64,000 nucleotides of DNA from Gekko japonicus (taxonomy: Eukaryota): NCBI RefSeq assembly GCF_001447785.1, contig NW_015176457.1, positions 544,252 through 608,251 of the forward strand. Direction: 5' to 3'. Each line of letters starts with the position of its first letter. Positions within the stretch are counted from its first letter, which is position 1. A program made the translations under genes and the position numbers. This document shows positions 1 through 10,901 of the stretch, piece after piece. The notes beneath the pieces were generated by a model. It searched no databases, was not told the DNA's origin, and saw nothing but the letters and a program-made list of their open reading frames with translations.

Positions 1-99
1 TGCTTGTGGTGGGATCTGTCTTTCTTGTGGTGTGGCATTATTGTGTTATTGGGTTTGTTTCTGTTGAAAGGGAAGTGATGTGTTGTGAGTGAGGACATA

Positions 100-478
100 T
101 TTTACCTCAGAATACAGCAGGGCCCATATGCAACTGACAATTACAACTGTCTTGCGGGGGGGGGGGTTGAGGTGTGGAATGGAGTGAAGTCCAATCAGCT
201 TCCATATGCAAATGACTTTGAAACGCTGGCCCAATCAGAGAAGAGGAGGCTGAAGCGGCCCAGCTGTAGAAGCCCCTTCCCTGCGCTCAGTCTGCAGATG
301 GTCCTCTTCTGTCAGAGGCCCAGAGCAGACTGAGCTGATGATGCCGGCCAGGGCTGACGTGGGCGGGACTACACAAAGCAGCCAGCATCTTCTGACTGAC
401 AGTTCAAGCCTCCAAACACTGTTGGTGTGCATTCGGAACGTTGGGCCCCACTACGGCTTTATATATAAGGGACAGATA
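100..478 (-). mobile_element. Possible Helitron-like 5' end carrying promoter-type motifs
   Basis: The minus strand begins TCTGTCCCTTATATATAAAGCC, resembling the TC...TATATAA 5' ends of Helitrons. CCAAT, ATGCAAAT and GGGCGG motifs lie inside. The 3' end was not seen. Confidence 0.3.
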
Positions 479-717
479 AGGAGGAGGGAGGAAATGGAAG
501 GTTTTTTTTCTTGATCTGTGTTGATTGTTTCCTGGCTCTTAGATTTGCCCTCATTAAGGTGTATGTAAAAATACAAGGGATCCATGAAGATCCCTGTAGA
601 TCTGACTTTTACTATTTTACCTTCTAAAGCAAGAATAATTTTATCTGGAAAGGCTTTTTGCTTTGCGATCAAGGATGTATGCATGTCCCACTATACAAGT
701 AGTTTCCTTTCTTTCAA

Positions 718-806
718 GGCTGCAATCCTAAACACACTTATCAGTGAGTACACCCCATTGAGTTCAGTTGAACTTACAAGTCAACAACGTGTTTAGATTT
801 GCACTG
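718..806. repeat. Short palindromic MITE-like element (~88 bp family)
   Basis: GGCTGCAATCCTAAACAC...GTGTTTAGATTTGCACTG, a degenerate self-complementary copy of the family. Confidence 0.6.
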
Positions 807-1554
807 CAGATTTCTCCTTTTTCTTCCATCTTGACTATATGAGAGATTTTTCCCCTCTCCCACTTTCTATCTAGAAGAATTATGAAGGACTTGCATGGTA
901 TTAATGTTATTAATACCAATTTTGGTTGCTATTAAGAATATCAATAAAAGGTATTGCATGGCCTTGGTTTTTGTTTTTTTAATTTTTTACAAAAATACAA
1001 TATTTTTTATTTTTTTAATGCATACACTGATGTCAGAACTCTTTTCCCTGCAATATTTTTGCTTCTATTAAAGAATTCATATTTTCTGAAGAAATGTCTG
1101 AGGCCCTTTATTGCAATATAAAATATAACAACAAGTTACAGCTAAAAACCCCACAGAAATGAGCATCCAGAGCTTCAAGCAAAGCAAGAGCTCCTCATTT
1201 AAAATCCTAAGTCTTCATAGGCTTATGCTGTTGCTCAGATAGAGCTGTTTTGGGCATGAATTTCTCTTCATTCCAACTTTCTTTCTATCCCTGTCTCTGC
1301 TCTGTCCCACTAAATTTAGACTGTAATCTTCTTGGGGCAAAGGCCCGACTAAGTGTTTCTGCTGACTTTTACTCTGCAAAGCATCGTGTGCATTTATACA
1401 ACATTAGAAATAATAGTCTGTCATCTGCCTATGATATGGTAGGCTTCTCTAAACAAATTTTAAAGCATGGAAAGTGCACCCTGAAATATACAATCTGCAA
1501 ATATATGTTTTTTAAAAGAAAGCTTCTTTCTTTGGCTGGGACTTTACAAAGAGA

Positions 1555-1880
1555 AGATATAGCATGCTTACAGTGCATTCCTGTGCAGAGTTGCTCCAGT
1601 CTAAGTTTACTGAAATTAATGGGCTTAGACTGGAGTAACTATGTTTAGGATTGCATTGTCAGAGTTTCCCATTCTTTGGCCTCTCTTTGACTGATCATGC
1701 CGGTCATATTCTTCTGTGAGATATAGCATGCTTACAGTGCATTCCTGTGCAGAGTTGCTCCAGTCTTACTGAAATTAATGGGCTTAGACTGGAGTAACTC
1801 TGTTTAGGATTGAATTGTCAGAGTTTCCCATTCTTTGGCCTCTCTTTGACTGATCATGCCAGTCATATTCTTCTGTGAGA
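1555..1880 (+). repeat. Direct tandem duplication (~164 + ~159 bp), each unit containing a palindromic MITE
   Basis: AGATATAGCATGCTTACAGTGCATTCC...TCATATTCTTCTGTG occurs at 1555 and 1719. The second unit has a 5-bp deletion and a few substitutions. Confidence 0.95.
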
Positions 1881-2073
1881 GTCCAGTAGGTTTTGTTCTC
1901 AAGTAAGCATTTATAAAATTGCAGTCTGCAGCGTATTACTAACAAAGCGTTTTTTACTATTGTGAATAAATAAGAAATTAAGTAAAGAATTGAGAGGGAA
2001 GACCAATTGGATTGTATGACTTAGTGGTTGGAGAGTAGGTGTGGATGGAGGTGGGTGGAAGGCATGGTGAAGG

Positions 2074-2242
2074 CCAGGTTGCCAACAGCCTGGAGAAAAA
2101 GTGTCCTGCTCCCTTAATAGTGGCTCACTGTGTGGAAATGGGGATGGAGAGAAATAATATCACCTGGTAAATAATAATATCCCATTAAACCTCTGTTGAG
2201 GGGCCAGGACATTTTTCCCCCTCTGGTTTGTTGGCAACCCTA
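2074..2242. mobile_element. Non-autonomous hAT MITE (GGTTGCCAAC-type TIR)
   Basis: TIRs CAGGTTGCCAAC / GTTGGCAACCCTA; 8-bp TSD GGTGAAGG / GGGGAAGG with 1 mismatch. Confidence 0.75.
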
Positions 2243-4315
2243 GGGGAAGGTTGTGCCGTTCCCCCCCCCCCCCCCAAAAAACCAAAAAGGCCCCGATAGA
2301 ATCAAGTATGGCAGCATACAAGCCTACTGACCCTAGGTTTATTCAGATGTTATCCATCAAGAAGCTGATTACGGTTCTTCAGTGTTCTCAGTATTGCAAG
2401 GTACAAGGATGGGAACAAAATCAGTTTGGTTGCTCTAGCTCTGCCCACCATTTGATGCCACTGTGTGCAGTCCTGTAGAGTGTTAGAGCAGTCCAAACTC
2501 ATTGATTTCATTGACATTAAACTGGCATAACTCTGCCTAGGATTTCACTCTCAATTAGCAATTCCTGAATTTTTGCTGGTAATCTGCTGACCAGGCTATT
2601 ACCACCAAAGATCAAGTGTTTGAACAGATTGATGATTAATTTCTATAATATTCTTAAGAGTGAAAGGCACTCAAGTCTTTGAAACGAAACCTGTAATTTA
2701 TAAACTTTTGAGAGCAAAATGTAGAATCAAGCTAAGTCACATTTACCAAGTTTCCACCAGATACTCTTATGCTAGCATGTTTGGAAAACAGTTTATAATG
2801 AAAACGACAGCTCCACCATAGCACTGTCAGAGTAGCTATAATAACAATATTTAAAATGCCATAAAATCAAAGATTGAGAACGTTTACGTTTTCTTGCTAC
2901 AGAAGGCTAATATGCCCATGAAACACAAGTTTGCTTTTATAGATAAATTCTGGGCCACAAGTCTAGCTTGTAGCAGTAGCAAGAACTTGCAAATCTATGC
3001 AGTCATTTCTTTTTAAAGCAGCATTAGATCTAAAGCATCCTTTCTCCCCTTTCCCTCCCCCTCCCCCAGTAATTGCAAAGGTGTTCTGAAACCTTTATCA
3101 CTGACAGCTACAAACTTAATTACTGTCTGAGGTGTGGGGCTGCATGATATAGCTACACAACCGCTTGCATATAATGTTGCACTTAATACATTGCAAGTGC
3201 TTGTTCTTTTATAATTCAGTAATTTTCGAAACATACTGAAGACTTTTTTTTTTACAACTTATGGCAGTGATTTAATTGTATATACCAATTATTATGGTGA
3301 GCATTTAAGAGCAGTCATCCCACTTATTCTGTCAAACCTTTTAGGAAAGAGAAAAAAGCTCTGTGTGAAACAACAAAGGTCTATTCTACTGTCTTTTATC
3401 CTTTTCAAAATGACTGCTAGTACTTACACACTTCTGCATCAAGTGCTATTCTTTTAAAACCAGAGTTCCGGGAAAATAATTTCTTAGAAAATAGGATAAG
3501 AAGACTATTTTTTTGTTCACGTTAGTTGGAAGGCTATTTTAGGACTGTTTCACTCCAATAACCCTGTGATAGTCAAAACATTACTAAATCCCCGCACAAA
3601 GGTTTCTAACAGTGGAAGCATAGACAGCAACTTTACAGAAGGACAAAAGTCACTACTACATATCAAATAATAGCAGCCAATTAAAGCAACAATACTTGCT
3701 GGTCTCTAATCATATTCTAAGCAGTGTAATCCTAGGCAGAGAGTGACTACAGACTAAACCCATTGATTTTTGCATAACAGTCTAATCCTAAACAGAGTTA
3801 CACCCTTCTAAATCCATTGATGAAAAGGATTGTGAAATGTTTGAGTAAATGTACCTGTTATAGGGCAGCCATATCTGAGGTCATATTTGTCTGCAGACTT
3901 CAATATAAATCCATGATGGTAATTGCAGATATTCACCCAAAGTTACTGAGACCATTACAAAGGATGCTCAGGTATCTAATGTACTGTTTGTGGGGATGCA
4001 TAGTTAAGATTTGACTGGAAAGGAAGGCAAGACTTGATTGCCAATGAAAGAGAAAGTAAGATGAAGCTAAATGGGCTCTCTTTCCCCCCCAGGAAATAGT
4101 TCTTTGAGGAGAGAGTTTTTTAAGGAAGGATCTGTGTACTTCCTAGGAAGTGTACCCATGTACCCATGTTAGTCACATCGGTAGCAGAATGTGGCTTGCC
4201 AATAACTTCTGTGAAGGATTGTAATTCTTAGGTTTTAATGTACTGGTTTTAGGCAGGACTTTAAATTAAAGCAGTGGTTACATTTTAGTTAAATTTTATG
4301 CATATTCATTATTTT

Positions 4316-4537
4316 TTATATTTTTGAGTGTGTGTGTGTTTTGGGTGCATGGTGACTTCTGGCGACCCCTACTGGGGGCTTGGACATTTTTCAGAGATGT
4401 GGCTTGAGTAGCCTGCCTCTGTGTCCCTCCTTTGGTGTTCCTTGGAGGTTGCCTTTCCAAGTACTTGTCACAGTCAGCCCTGCTTCGCTTCCGAGATCTG
4501 ACGAGATCAGGCTTGCCTGGGCTATCCAGGTCAGGGC
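4316..4537 (-). mobile_element. 5S rRNA-derived SINE with RTE/BovB-like tail
   Basis: The minus-strand head CCTGATCTCGTCAGATCTCGGAAGCGAAGCAGGG matches the 5S internal promoter region. The tail is GGGGTCGCCA...(CA)n. A perfect 15-bp TSD CATATTCATTATTTT lies at 4301-4315 and 4538-4552. Confidence 0.85.
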
Positions 4538-5734
4538 CATATTCATTATTTTGAAGAACAGTAAGGTCCTCTGTGTGAGATCCCCAAGTAAAATGGTTGC
4601 TAGCTTCCTCCTTGAAATAGAATTACTCATTATAACCCATTTGAAGAATAACCGTCTACTATATCATGACTCCACTCTGCTCTAGGATTCGGCTGAAATA
4701 CTATAGTTTTACCATAGAATTTCTACTGAATCCTAGGCGTGTCATGACACCAACTCTGGGTTTGACCCAGAAATGACATCACACCGCTGATATGCAATGC
4801 TGATTTTTGCATTGTTTCCCCCCTATCAGGCTAGCAAGTGGCAGTGGGGGTTGGGAGCTGCTCTAGTTGGCACAGGGACATACTCTGTAAAAAATTTTTT
4901 TTTTCTATTATAGCTTAGCAACACCAGACTGTTGGTCATATTTAATGTATGACTTACTGTCATACACTTACACTGGAGTAAACCTGCATAGGGTGGCTTT
5001 GTTAGATGTGTATTTCAGTATTATTTTGAAGGTATATAGTTCAAATGGTATCCATGCTTACCATTGTTAGAAAAAATGAAACTTCATAGTCAGTGTCTCC
5101 TGACAATTTATACTTTGATTGCAGATTCTTGCCTAGGGGGGTTATTAAAACCAGTATTTCACAAAGGCTTTTGCTGTTAATTTGCAGTATTGGGGGGTAA
5201 AAAGACAGCATGTAATATATATTTTTTAAAGGAACTACTCTCTGTGACTCCATTTGAGATTATGATGGAGTACTGGGCACCATACAACAAAAGTAGACAA
5301 AGTCCTCATCAGTCATGCTTGCCCTTTTCCTCTGGAGTAACCCATTGAGATCCATTCACTCCATTTGCCGTACAATACAGTGTATACATTTATTTGGGTT
5401 TCATGCAAAGTGCTACTACTTACTCTAGAGGAAGAATGGTAATGTGCCAGTTGAATCTTTGCTGATAGCAGCAAATTTACTGGGGGGGGCGGAGTTGTGC
5501 TGTTTCGTTTGGGAACAGGGAGTACTTTGGGATTGTTCTTTCTTCAATTATATTTATTTGAGTGGAGGTGTAGTAGCACTTTGAAGAAATCAAATTACAC
5601 ATTTTTTCACTTCCTGCTCTATAAATTTACTCATAAGGAGCAGTTTCAGTATACTATTTTGAGAATTGTATCCAGGAGACTCCTTTTTCTTCTCCCACAC
5701 AAATGGGGTGGGGCAGGGTGGAATTTCAATTTAT

Positions 5735-5862
5735 TATTAATATTTGAGCTTTTAAACTGTACTTTCAACTGTATTTCTTGTATTGTTACATGATGTTACC
5801 TGCCCTGAGCCCGCTTGCGGGATGGGCGGGCTATAAATACAAATACAAATAATAAAATACAT
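5735..5862 (+). mobile_element. L2-type LINE 3' tail
   Basis: GCCCTGAGCCCGCTTGCGGGATGGGCGGGCTATAAATAC followed by (AAAT)-like repeats. Confidence 0.55.
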
Positions 5863-6971
5863 TTAAAATAATTTTGGAGGTTGGGAATCGGGTGAATCTC
5901 GATGGCGCTGTGTGTGCAAGAGAGTCTTGGTACAAACAAGGGTGGTAGAATTAATTCTGACACTGTCAGGAAGTAACTTTTCAGTAGTGTGTCCCTTAAT
6001 TTTTTTTTAGGATTGTTTATATACAGATAAATAGTTGCGGACCTTCAAGAATAGGTCAGAATATTATTCTTAGCATTGTTGTCTCATGTAATTTGATATG
6101 GGGGGTACAAAGAAAGGTAACTGTCATTCCTTAGCTTTTTTCTGTCAATATTTCATAAGGGCTATGTTAAAAAGAAAAAGAAAAAAGAATGTGATTTAAA
6201 CGGGTGCTGAGTTATCAACCTTCATTATAAATATTTTCCTTAGGGCACTAGTTCCTTCTTTTTTTATTTGAAAGCCTCAGTGGAAGTCTTGAAGTTTTGT
6301 AGCCAGTAGGTTTTTTTCCCCCTGACAGTGTTCCGTTTTTCCCCTGACAGTGTTCCGTTTTTTTAAAAAAAAGTTTAGCATGGTTGTTTATCTATTTATT
6401 TATTCAGAAAAATATATATGCCGCCTCCCTGGAGCAGGATTTGGGTAGCATACAACTAAAACCATAAAGCAAGCTAAAGCCATTAAAAATAAGTAACTAA
6501 AAGAAGCCTAAAACAAACAAAATCAGTAAAAGAACAAATACTGAGATACCTAAAATGGTACTGAAATATAGAACTCAGGCCAAAAAAGCTTTTTTTTTTA
6601 AGTTGAAATCCTGGGTAAAAGGAAAGGTTGTGGCATGGACCTAAAAAGAAGTAAAGTAGAATGCCAGGCAAGCGTCAAGGAGAAGGCTGTTCCACAGTAG
6701 AGGTGCCACTACTGAAAAAGCCCATTGTCTAGCCACCACTTACCACAAGTGGGGCTCCAAAAATTAAGGTTTGAGAAGATCTTAACTAGCACATTGGACA
6801 ATATTGGTGGAAGTGGTCTTTAAAATTCCCTGGGTCAAAGGCCTTTACGGTCTTAAAGGTAAGAACCACCACTTTGAATTATTCTCAGAAATAAGTGGTT
6901 AGCCAGTGTTGATATTTCAGCACAGCGGGTGATAAAATGCCTTTAATTAGCCCCCAACAATAACTTGGCTA

Positions 6972-7166
6972 TAGGATTGTCATCCCCCCAATGAGGGCAG
7001 GGGTTCCCCTGCTTTTGGGGGCCCCAATCCACCAATGGCCAGCTGGTTGGTGGGGGGAGCCATTGTTGGAGCAATGACATCTAGCATTTGAGTTAAAATG
7101 CCAGAAAATCCCGGTACCGGGCAGGAACGCCCCCATCCAGCAGGTGGGTAAGACCTGGTAACCCTC
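6972..7166. mobile_element. hAT MITE nested in L2
   Basis: Ends TAGGATTGTCA / TGGTAACCCTC; 8-bp TSD CTTGGCTA / CTTGGCCA. Confidence 0.75.
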
Positions 7167-7234
7167 CTTGGCCACCATATTTTGAACCAGCTGAAGTTTC
7201 CAAACAATTTAGACTTATGTATCATGTAATGTAG

Positions 7235-7545
7235 GGCTGCTGAGATTAAGACGCTGATGTGCAGGCTGGAAGGCCTGTAGTTTGGCAGTTCGAGACCCTA
7301 GTGCCACATGACAGAGTGAGCTCCCATCTCTGGCCCCAGCTCCTGCCAACCTGCAAGTAGACTAATAGGTACGCTTCAGTGGGAAGGTAACAGCATTCTG
7401 TGCACCTTGTTGTTTAGTCATGCTGGCCACATGACCACGGAAACGTCTTCAGACAGTGCTGGCTCTTCAGCTTGGAAACGGAGATGAGCACCGCCTGCTA
7501 AAGTCAGATTCGACTGGCTTTCAAGCAAGGGAAACCTTTACCTTT
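7235..7545 (+). mobile_element. Sauria SINE
   Basis: tRNA-like head (GGCAGTTCGAGACCC B-box), diagnostic body GTGAGCTCCC...CCAGCTCCTGCCAACC...GGGAAGGTAAC...TAGTCATGCTGGCCACATGACC, (ACCTTT)2 tail, and a degenerate TSD TCATGTAATGTAG / TCATGTAGTGCAG. Confidence 0.9.
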
Positions 7546-7801
7546 GTCATGTAGTGCAGTACTCTAACCTGAATGTGATCCAAGCATAAATCATACAAAT
7601 GCTTTGTATGAAAAGGCCGTAGCTGACATATCAGCCAAAGTGGTAGAAGGTGCTCCATGCCACTGAGGAGACCTTAGTCTCCAACTTTGGGCTAGGATCC
7701 AGCAGCACCATCAAGCTATGAACCTGCTCCTTCAGCGAGAGTAGAGTTTGTTTTCACTATTCTCACCCTCATTGCCACACAATGGTTTGTCTTTTAGTCA
7801 T

Positions 7802-8044
7802 GAAACAAATACTGAGAAAACAGTTGTGAGAGTCTGACCCACAAATCAAGATAGTCAACAAGACTTACAAAGAAAATATTCTTATTCTTATGATTCTTAT
7901 ATTTCTTATGATTTGGTGGAATTTGTTCATTGTTATGTAGTGCTTATTGACAACAATATATAGAAAATGTTTTCTTTGTAAGTCTTGTTGACTATCTTGA
8001 TTTGTGGGTCAGACTCTCACAACTGTTTTCTCAGTATTTGTTTC
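7802..8044. repeat. Near-perfect inverted repeat, 79-bp arms, ~85-bp spacer
   Basis: 7802-7880 is the reverse complement of 7966-8044 with one mismatch seen. Confidence 0.9.
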
Positions 8045-8518
8045 TAGGCAAGGTCGTGACTGTCCACATTTGTCTTGTCCTTTAGTCGTGCCATTCTAAT
8101 CCCCCCCTCATATGAAGCTGCCTTGCATTGATTTCTGTAGCCATTATTGTCTTGCAACAGCTATCCAAAGTGTCAGATGTCTTTCTTCTGAGCCCTGCTA
8201 GCAGAAATCCTTTATCTTTACATAACAGGACTGAACCTGGGATCCTAAACATGTAGAACATGCTCCACTAGTGAGTTTACAGCCCTTCACTTCATATAAA
8301 TTGATTGTTAAATTTCCAGTGCTGGAACTGACTGAACTGAACCAGAAATGAAGTAGATATAACTTAACTGAACTACTTAACATTTTGGCTATTGTGCATG
8401 AAGGTTTTAGTTGAGGTCAACATTAAGACTATCATTATGGATTATTATTATTTTCATTTTCTGGGGCCAGCAGCACCTTCCCCCTCCATATTTGCCTGCA
8501 AACCCAGGACTCAGCAGG

Positions 8519-8543
8519 NNNNNNNNNNNNNNNNNNNNNNNNN
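8519..8543. other. Assembly gap (25 N)
   Basis: Run of N. Confidence 1.
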
Positions 8544-9049
8544 GAAACCCAGAGCGGCTGAGCCAGCAGCATTTGCCCCACTTTCACCTTACACTAGGGA
8601 ACCGAGCTGGGCAGCTGCAGAAGCAGCGGAAACAAGAAAACACTTCCTGGTCTCTTCAAGGTCTGTGGGGATGGAGCAGGGTGGAGGAGGCATCCAGCTG
8701 TGGGGACTACCAGACAGTCTGAGGAGGATTGCTGGATGTGGCGGCAGGAGAGAGAGGAGGCTGGTGGGCTCACAGGAGAAAGTGATGATGGAAGAGATGG
8801 CAGTTCAGCCTGACATGAGCTGCACCATGGGAAGCAGCCTCAGAGGAAGCTGGGAGGAGGCTGAGTCAGCCAGCAGGAGAGAAGGGGGGATGTCATGGGA
8901 GGGGCAAAAGGCAGGGAGAAGATGGCAGCACTAACATCCTGGGGTTGGTACCCAACAACAAAAAGCCTTCAGCCAGTTGGGGAAGCTGAAAGAGGGAAGC
9001 CCCAAGGGAGGCCATTGGTCCCACAGCCCAGAGTGGGCAGGGTACCATC

Positions 9050-9497
9050 TGTCTGGAGCCCTGGCCAGAAGCTCTGAACACAGAAATCCGAAGGAAATGA
9101 TATGGAAGATCTGAAGGGAACGATGTGCATTTTAATAAATCATCAAACTTCCAGAAATAGCAGGCTAACTTCAATCCGCTGATCCTTGAACACAAACACC
9201 GCAAAGCCAGCCAAAAACTCGAAATGAGATACATAGCTAAATCTAAAAATCTTATACCCTAGTTGCTGGCTACAAGTCAAGAATATCACCATCAAAGTTA
9301 CATCCCTAAATGCTGAGAGAAAAGTCAAGCCATATCTTGCACCTGTTGGCAGAGGAAAACAAGTCAGGTTTCTAAATAAGAACTCAGGAGATTGTGAATG
9401 AAAACATTCTCTTGGGAGTGGCCTGCCAGCCATCGTCCCAGGCAACTAGAGGTCAGGAACTAACAGAACTTCAAAATGGGGTTACAGAGGTAATACA
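9050..9497 (-). mobile_element. ERV 3' LTR (~450 bp)
   Basis: Starts TGTATT after the PPT; TATAAG near 9255; ATTAAA near 9135; ends ...CCAGACA at 9050 (end position inferred). Confidence 0.65.
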
Positions 9498-9604
9498 GTC
9501 CACCCCCAGATGGCCAAAGAACTCTCACAAGACAGCACATTACAAAGTTTTCTTGCCCCTAAGGGCCAGATCTTCATTTCCCTGCTATTTGGCCTTCAGG
9601 TGGT

Positions 9605-10078
9605 AGAATGTTGGGATTTTTTACACATGGTACATTGCAGGTAAAAAGCACACCAGCAATATAGGCACATACACATAAACAAAAGGCTGCATATTATGAT
9701 AATTCCAATGGCTAAAACTCGTTTCCACCCCCACCCCCGTCCCATTACACAATGGAATCAAAGAGAGATTGGTCCTCGAAATGATGAACTTTGGCACTCT
9801 TGAGTATATAATGCCTCTGCACTATGATTAAGTAGGCTCTAGGCATTAGTAATATAAACACAGCATTCTTTTCGGAGCATTGCACACACCTCACCCTGGG
9901 CTGCAGTGATCATGTTTAATGCTAATCTGTTTTGCAAAACGGTTGCTCTCATACTAGTCATCTCTGTGCTGATGGTTTCAAGAGCTATAGCAGTGGTGTT
10001 CAGGGTTGCTTCCATGGCTCTCCCGAAGATGTTTACTTAATGCACAACTGTTATTATTCTCCCTCCAGGCAACAAGTC
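9605..10078 (-). pseudogene. env: Retroviral envelope TM subunit remnant (gamma-type)
   Basis: My minus-strand translation: AMEATLNTTAIALETISTEMTSMRATVLQNRLALNMITAAQGEVCAMLRKECCVYITNA*...WKRVLAIGIIIICSLLFMCMCLYCWC. This gives a heptad repeat, the immunosuppressive domain LQNRxALxx, CX6CC and a membrane anchor. In-frame stops are present. Confidence 0.9.
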
Positions 10079-10258
10079 CTGAGCATTTGCAGTGACCAAA
10101 GCCAACCCTTAAGGCACACTAACTACAAAAGACAGTTCAACAAGGCTGAACTTGTAGGCAGCCCTCCTGACTACTTTGACGCTTGTTCATGTGTCAGGTT
10201 TATTTTAAGCTCTTACATGGATTTCTGGTCCACTGGGGGCGCTTTTACGAAATGACTG

Positions 10259-10446
10259 AACCCACATAGTCTGAGAGGGATTTGGATCAGGTTAAGCTTC
10301 TTGCCCCCTCCTCCAGAGCAAGGTCCAGATTTAGGATCTGGGATTCCCTGTGAACCCCCACAGTCTGGGAAGGATTCCGATCAGATTGAACTCCTTGCCC
10401 CCCTTCATGGGAGCAAGATCCGGATTTAAGGACTGGGATTCCCTGT
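10259..10446. repeat. Diverged tandem pair of ~93-bp units inside the ERV
   Basis: AACCC...AGTCTG...GGATT...GATCAG...GCCCCC...GAGCAAG.TCC.GATTTA.G...TGGGATTCCCTGTG occurs twice. Confidence 0.75.
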
Positions 10447-10609
10447 GCTGGAACAGCCGCAACTTCCTCAGGTGATAGGGCTATCTTTTTGTTTTGGTCC
10501 ATGCAGGGCTTGCCCAAAGGTTCCTCACCCAGTCTCTGCTGTCCACTCTTGCAACAAATCTATATCATTGGTCCCCCATCTCCACAGCCTGGGCTCCGAT
10601 GAGGAACTG

Positions 10610-10901
10610 GCTGTGCCTGTAATCCCCACTCCTGAGGAGGAAGAAACGGGGGGGGGAAGGGGGGGAGTCTTCCAAACCTACTTGGAATACAACCAGGCAC
10701 GGCCATCTATATCCTATATTCTGAGGAACTGGCTTTTCTGTTATAGGGGTTCAGGGGGAGTCCACGCTACTCAACCAGTGAGGTGAGACAGATCAGGATA
10801 TAGGTGACTGTGCCTGGTTGTATTCCAAGTAGATTTGGAAAACTTCCCCCCTCTTCCCTCCCAGTTTCTTCCTCCTCAGGAGTGGGGGTGACAGGCACAG
10901 C
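10610..10901. repeat. Inverted duplication (~105-bp arms) within ERV gag
   Basis: 10610-10714 is a diverged reverse complement of 10796-10901. TGAGGAACTGGCT is duplicated at 10600 and 10722. Confidence 0.85.

Larger units (their letters stand above)
6390..7740 (-). mobile_element. Degraded L2 LINE 3' fragment interrupted by a hAT MITE and a Sauria SINE
   Basis: (TTTA)n tail near 6395. AAGGCTGTTCCACAG...GCCACTACTGAAAAAGCCC is the reverse of the L2 RAFSxAAPxLWNxLP end. TTTTGAACCAGCTGAAGTTTCC is the reverse of the KLQLVQN motif. Confidence 0.7.

Noticed and set aside
4440-4537. 5S rRNA gene
   Set aside because: Only a diverged partial 5S-like head joined to an RTE-type tail with a TSD. It is a SINE, as are the copies at 17.7, 22.9 and 52.5 kb.
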